Shown here piece after piece: positions 57,357 to 64,000 of a stretch of DNA of 64,000 nt; positions within the stretch are counted from its first letter, which is position 1, and every line of letters starts with the position of its first letter. Made by a program: the position numbers and the translations under genes. Where the stretch lies: the NCBI GenBank assembly GCA_038729445.1, contig JAVYSA010000001.1:12300-76299 (forward strand), in the 5' to 3' direction. The notes beneath the pieces were generated by a model. The model had not been told where the DNA came from. It did not search any database and was given only the letters and a program-made list of their open reading frames with translations. This stretch comes from Thermoplasmata archaeon. GTDB taxonomy: Archaea; Thermoplasmatota; Thermoplasmata; Lutacidiplasmatales; UBA184.

Positions 57357-58142
57357 CTAGATCGGGACCTTCCGCCCGGCCATGTCGCGCTTGCAGCGCC
57401 CGAACTCCTGGTTCGCCAGCAGCGTGGGCCCGGGAAGGACCGGGCCGTCGACGCAGACGTGGACCGGGCCCATGGCGCAGGCGTCGCACATCCCGATCCC
57501 GCACTTCATCCACCGCTCGACCGATCCGAAGGACGGGATCCCCCGGTCGGCGGCCATGGCGAGGGCCTTGCGCATCATGACCTCCGGTCCGCACGTCCAC
57601 AGCGCGTCGAACGCCCCGCCGGCGGGCTCGGCGAGGAGGCGGGCGGCGAGCTCCGTCACGTACCCGCGATGCCCGAGGGTCCCGTCGTCGGTGGCGAGCT
57701 CGACCCGGGCCCCCGCGGCGCGCAGCCGCTCGGCGAAGAGGAGTTCCCGCGCCGTCGTCGCCCCGAGGGCGCAGACCACGGAGCCGCCGGCCGCGAGGAC
57801 CGCTTCCGCCGCGGGCGCGAGGACGGCCGTGCCCGAGCCGCCGCCCACGACCAGGACGCGGGAGGCCTCCATGTCGAAGCCGCGGCCGTAGGGACCCCGC
57901 AGCCCGATCCGGGACCCCGCGGGGATCCCCTGGATGCGGCGGCTGGTCTCCCCCATCGCCTTGACCGTGACCCCCTTGCGCGCCCCGTCCGTGTACGACA
58001 GGGACATCGGGAGCTCGTCGTCCCCCGGAACCCAGACCATGACGAACTGCCCCGGGCGGGCTGGGACCGGGTCGTCGAACCGCCACGTGACGGTCGAGGG
58101 GGTCTCCCCCACCCGTTCCGCGATCGGGACGATCCGGTGCAC
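57357..58142 (-). CDS. pyrK: Dihydroorotate dehydrogenase electron transfer subunit
   Basis: PGQFVMVW, RGPYG, GGGSG, TDDG, CGPE, ERWMKCGIGMCDAC...VCVDGPV. Confidence 0.93.
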   Translation of the reverse strand: MHRIVPIAERVGETPSTVTWRFDDPVPARPGQFVMVWVPGDDELPMSLSYTDGARKGVTVKAMGETSRRIQGIPAGSRIGLRGPYGRGFDMEASRVLVVGGGSGTAVLAPAAEAVLAAGGSVVCALGATTARELLFAERLRAAGARVELATDDGTLGHRGYVTELAARLLAEPAGGAFDALWTCGPEVMMRKALAMAADRGIPSFGSVERWMKCGIGMCDACAMGPVHVCVDGPVLPGPTLLANQEFGRCKRDMAGRKVPI

Positions 58143-58149
58143 GGCCCCG

Positions 58150-59118
58150 CTACGGCGCGGGCGATATAGCCTGTCGGCCGGCGACCCCTTCCCCGCCGCC
58201 CCGCCCGCTCCCGTGCGCGCGGCCGACAAGGTCCTCCAGGCGGCCGACCCCGTGCCGCTCCATCCACGCGGCGAGATTCCGCGCGATCCGGCCGAACGTC
58301 CCGATCCCGTCGAGGGCGACGGCGGTGCCGATCTCGACCGCGCCGGCCCCCGCCAGGAGGTACTCGACGACGTCGGTCGCGGTGCGGATCCCCCCGACCC
58401 CGATCACCGGCACGGAGACCGATCGGGAGATCTGCCAGACCGCGGCAAGCCCCACCGGCTTGATCGGCGGGCCGCTCAGGCCCCCCAGCCCGTGGGCGAG
58501 CACCGGCCGGCCGAGCTCGGCGTCGATCGCCAGGGCCCGGACCGTGTTGATCGCGCTGACCGCGCGGGCCCCCCCCCGCTCGGCGGCCCGCGCGAGGGAC
58601 GCTAGGTCGGCCGCGTTGGGGGTCAGCTTGGCGATGACCGGCACCCGGACCGCCCCGGCCACCGCCCGGACGACCGCCTCCACGGTCCCGGGGTCGCTGC
58701 CGATCTCCGTCCCGTAGCCCTCGGCGTGCGGGCAGCTCAGGTTGAGCTCGAGGGCGACGACGCCGGCATCGGCCATCGGCCCGGCGAGCGCGGCGAACTC
58801 CTCCGGGGAGCCCCCGAAGATCGAGCCGACGACGGTTGCGCCCGCTGCGACCGCGCGCCGGACCTCGGCGGGGTACTCGGCGACGCCCGGATTGGGCAGG
58901 CCCATCGCATTGAGCATCCCGCCCCCGTCCAGCGGCTCGACGGTTGGGTTCGGGTAGCCCGGTCGGGGCCCGGCACCGATCGACTTCGTGATCACCCCTC
59001 CGGCGCCGGCCGCCCACGCCCCGACGAGCGAGTCCGCGCTCTCGCCCCAGATCCCCGAGGCGAGCAGGAGCGGGTTGCGCAGGGTCAGGGGACCGAGCCG
59101 CGCCGTCAGGTCGGGCAC
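58150..59118 (-). CDS. pyrD: Dihydroorotate dehydrogenase, class 1B catalytic subunit
   Basis: NPLLLASG, TKS, NAMGL, ELNLSCPH, AKLTPN, INT, GGLSG, IGVGGI. Confidence 0.95.
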   Translation of the reverse strand: MPDLTARLGPLTLRNPLLLASGIWGESADSLVGAWAAGAGGVITKSIGAGPRPGYPNPTVEPLDGGGMLNAMGLPNPGVAEYPAEVRRAVAAGATVVGSIFGGSPEEFAALAGPMADAGVVALELNLSCPHAEGYGTEIGSDPGTVEAVVRAVAGAVRVPVIAKLTPNAADLASLARAAERGGARAVSAINTVRALAIDAELGRPVLAHGLGGLSGPPIKPVGLAAVWQISRSVSVPVIGVGGIRTATDVVEYLLAGAGAVEIGTAVALDGIGTFGRIARNLAAWMERHGVGRLEDLVGRAHGSGRGGGEGVAGRQAISPAP

Positions 59119-59141
59119 GGGGAGGCGGACGGGTGCCCCGC

Positions 59142-59147
59142 TTAAAT
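59142..59147. promoter_or_regulatory. Putative bidirectional TATA box shared by pyrD and clpB
   Basis: TTAAAT is the only AT island in the 52-bp divergent spacer and lies 23 nt from each start codon. Confidence 0.5.
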
Positions 59148-59170
59148 GGCCTCGTGCCGGTGGTGAGACG

Positions 59171-61776
<2,606 letters not shown>

Positions 61777-61780
<4 letters not shown>

Positions 61781-62727
61781 GCGGCGTCACCGTCGCCGTC
61801 GTGGGGAGCCCCGGGCTCGCCGCGCAGCTCGGGAAGCGCTCGACCGCCTCCGACCTGACCCTCTTCGATGCCGCGAGGGACGGACACCACACGACGTTCG
61901 TGGAGCCGACGCACTTCCCCGAGAAGTTCTTCCCGCTCGCCCAGGCCCTCGCGATGGCCGACCGGGCGATCCTCGCGGTCGGGGCCCTCGACCGCGCGGT
62001 CGCCGAGACCATCGCGACGCTGGAGATGCACCGCGAGCTGCCCGTGACGGTGGTCCGGGGCCCGTCGGTCGGTCCCGAGGAGCTCGCCCGGGCCCTGCGC
62101 GGGAGCCGGCTCGCCTCCTCCCCGCCGGTCGACTGGAACCCGTCGTCCCTCCGCGAGATGGCCGTGGCCTGGCGCGTCCCGCCGGCCGACGGCGGGGTGC
62201 GGGTTCCCATCGACCACGCCTTCCCCGTGAAGGGCGTCGGGGCCGTGGCGCTCGGCGTCGTCCGCCGGGGCCGCCTGGCGGTCCACGAGACGCTGCGACT
62301 CTGGCCGACCGCTCGGACGGTCGAGGTCCGGTCGATCCAGGTCCACGACGTCGACGTGCGGGAGGCGCCGACCGGCGAGCGCGTCGGCGTCGCGCTGCGC
62401 GGGGTCGAGGCCGACGAGCTCGAGCGTGGCCAGATCCTCGCCCCGGCCTCCGGGGATGTCGGGGCCGTGCGGGAGCTCCGCGGCGGCCCCGTGGAGCGGT
62501 GCCGCTACTACCGGGGCGACTGGGGGGAGGGGACGCCCCTCACGGTCTGCGTGGGCCTGATGACCGCCCCGGCGACGGTCGCCTCGCTCGCCGCCGACAC
62601 GATCGCAGTCACGGCCGACCGGCCGATCCCCGTCGCGGCGGGGGAGGCCGCCTACCTCGTCGACCTGAACGCCGCGGCGGGACCGCGGCTCATCGGCCGG
62701 TTCGCCCTTATGGCCCCGGGACCCTGA
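61777..62727 (+). CDS. SelB/EF-Tu domain II-like protein with a degenerate G domain
   Basis: LGKRSTASDLTLF, IDHAFPVKGVGAVALG, VRSIQVHD, RVGVALRG, LERG; no GxxxxGK(S/T) or NKxD motif visible. Confidence 0.8.
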
Positions 62728-62753
62728 AGCGCGACGGCGCGCGACCGCGGGGC

Positions 62754-63959
62754 TCAGGCGAACATCGTGACCGATTCCTTGCGGATCTCCTCGTCCCCGA
62801 CGACCTTGTCGATCGCGCGGTCGAAGTCCGCGGCGGTCACGTGATCCCGCTCGGCCCGGATCGCCCACATGCCGGCCTCGGTGCAGATCGCCTTGATGTC
62901 CGCGCCGGTCGCCCCGTCGCAGCGCTGCGCGAGGGTCTCGAAGTCGATCTCCTCCCGGATCGCCATCCCGCGGGAGTGGATCCGGAAGATCTCGGCCCGG
63001 CCCGCGGCGGTCGGCACCGGGATCTCGATGATCCGGTCGAACCGGCCCGGTCGCAGGAGCGCCTCGTCGAGGATGTCCGGGCGGTTGGTCGCCGCGATGA
63101 TCTTGACGTTGGAGAGCGGCTCGAACCCGTCCATCTCGGCGAGCAGCTGCATGAGGGTCCGCTGGACCTCGCGGTCCCCGCTCGTCGCGACCTCGAGCCG
63201 CTTCGCCCCGATCGAGTCGACCTCGTCGATGAAGATGATCGTCGGGGCCTTCTCCTTCGCCAGCTGGAAGAGCTCCCGGACGAGGCGGGCCCCCTCCCCG
63301 ATGTACTTCTGGACGAGCTCGCTGCCGACCAGGCGGACGAAGGTCGCCTGGGTGTGGTGGGCGACGGCCTTCGCGATCAGGGTCTTGCCGGTCCCCGGCG
63401 GCCCGACCAGGAGGACCCCCTTCGGAGGGTCGACCCCGACCTTGCGGTAGAGCTCGGCCCGCAGGAGCGGATACTCCACGGCCTCGCGGATGTCCCGGAT
63501 CTGGTCGACCAGGCCCCCGATGTCCTCGTAGGTCACCGACGGCTTGTCGACGATCTCGCTCGCGGTGACCATCGGGTCGACCGACGCGGGGAGTACGCCC
63601 ATGACCGCCAGCGTCTGCTTGTTGAGCGCGACGCGGCTGCCGACAGTCACCTTCGAGTGCTCGACGTTCTCGGCGGAGTTGACCACGAAGTCCGGACCGG
63701 TCGAGCTCTTGACGATCACCCGTCCGTCCGTCAGCACGTCGCGCACGCTCCCGACGATGAGCGGCGGGTAGCGCAGGCGGTCGAGCTCCGTCTTCAGCCG
63801 CTTGACCTCGCGCTGGAGCCGCAGGATCTCCGACTCCATGTAGTGCCGCTCGCTCTCGACGCGCTTGATCGCCTCGGCGAGCTGGGTGTTCCGCATCTCG
63901 AGGAAGCTGACGCGGTCGAACGCATCCGGCCCGGTGGCAGGGGTCTCAGAATCGCTCAT
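62754..63959 (-). CDS. pan: Proteasome-activating nucleotidase
   Basis: N-terminal coiled coil, PPLIVG, VKSSTGP, GPPGTGKT, FIDEVDSI, LRPGRFDR, C-terminal MFA. Confidence 0.96.
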   Translation of the reverse strand: MSDSETPATGPDAFDRVSFLEMRNTQLAEAIKRVESERHYMESEILRLQREVKRLKTELDRLRYPPLIVGSVRDVLTDGRVIVKSSTGPDFVVNSAENVEHSKVTVGSRVALNKQTLAVMGVLPASVDPMVTASEIVDKPSVTYEDIGGLVDQIRDIREAVEYPLLRAELYRKVGVDPPKGVLLVGPPGTGKTLIAKAVAHHTQATFVRLVGSELVQKYIGEGARLVRELFQLAKEKAPTIIFIDEVDSIGAKRLEVATSGDREVQRTLMQLLAEMDGFEPLSNVKIIAATNRPDILDEALLRPGRFDRIIEIPVPTAAGRAEIFRIHSRGMAIREEIDFETLAQRCDGATGADIKAICTEAGMWAIRAERDHVTAADFDRAIDKVVGDEEIRKESVTMFA

Positions 63960-64000
63960 GGCTGTCGCTCGGAGGGCGCAGGGAGTCCTGGCACCGAGTG

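Overview
A gene-dense, very GC-rich (roughly 70-75% by eye) stretch of core archaeal chromosome. It is most consistent with a Thermoplasmatota lineage outside Thermoplasma proper; this is inferred from the RpoB N-terminus, VAT/CDC48, a thermopsin-like domain, and the presence of PAN, MutSL and ClpB. It encodes RNA polymerase subunits (B, H, N), ribosomal proteins (eL18, uL13, uS9), AlaRS, AspRS, aCPSF1, proteasome beta subunit, PAN, CDC48, ClpB, MCM, SepF, purine and pyrimidine genes, a CCG-anchored succinate dehydrogenase, a B12 acyl-CoA mutase and two large secreted proteins. There are three tRNA genes. No CRISPR array, IS element or rRNA was seen. The standout observations are: (1) a translationally coupled mutS-mutL-PD-(D/E)xK nuclease unit followed by a small Zn-binding ORF, a candidate unusual mismatch-repair module; (2) tRNA-Lys(UUU) with two non-canonical BHB introns (20/21 and 59/60) and tRNA-Gly(UCC) with a 59/60 intron and C33; (3) an acyl-CoA mutase with isobutyryl-CoA-mutase-type specificity residues; (4) a Sulfolobus-like (type E) SDH; (5) essential-type genes that appear to lack canonical start codons. 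All protein calls come from motif recognition by eye; no database searches were run.
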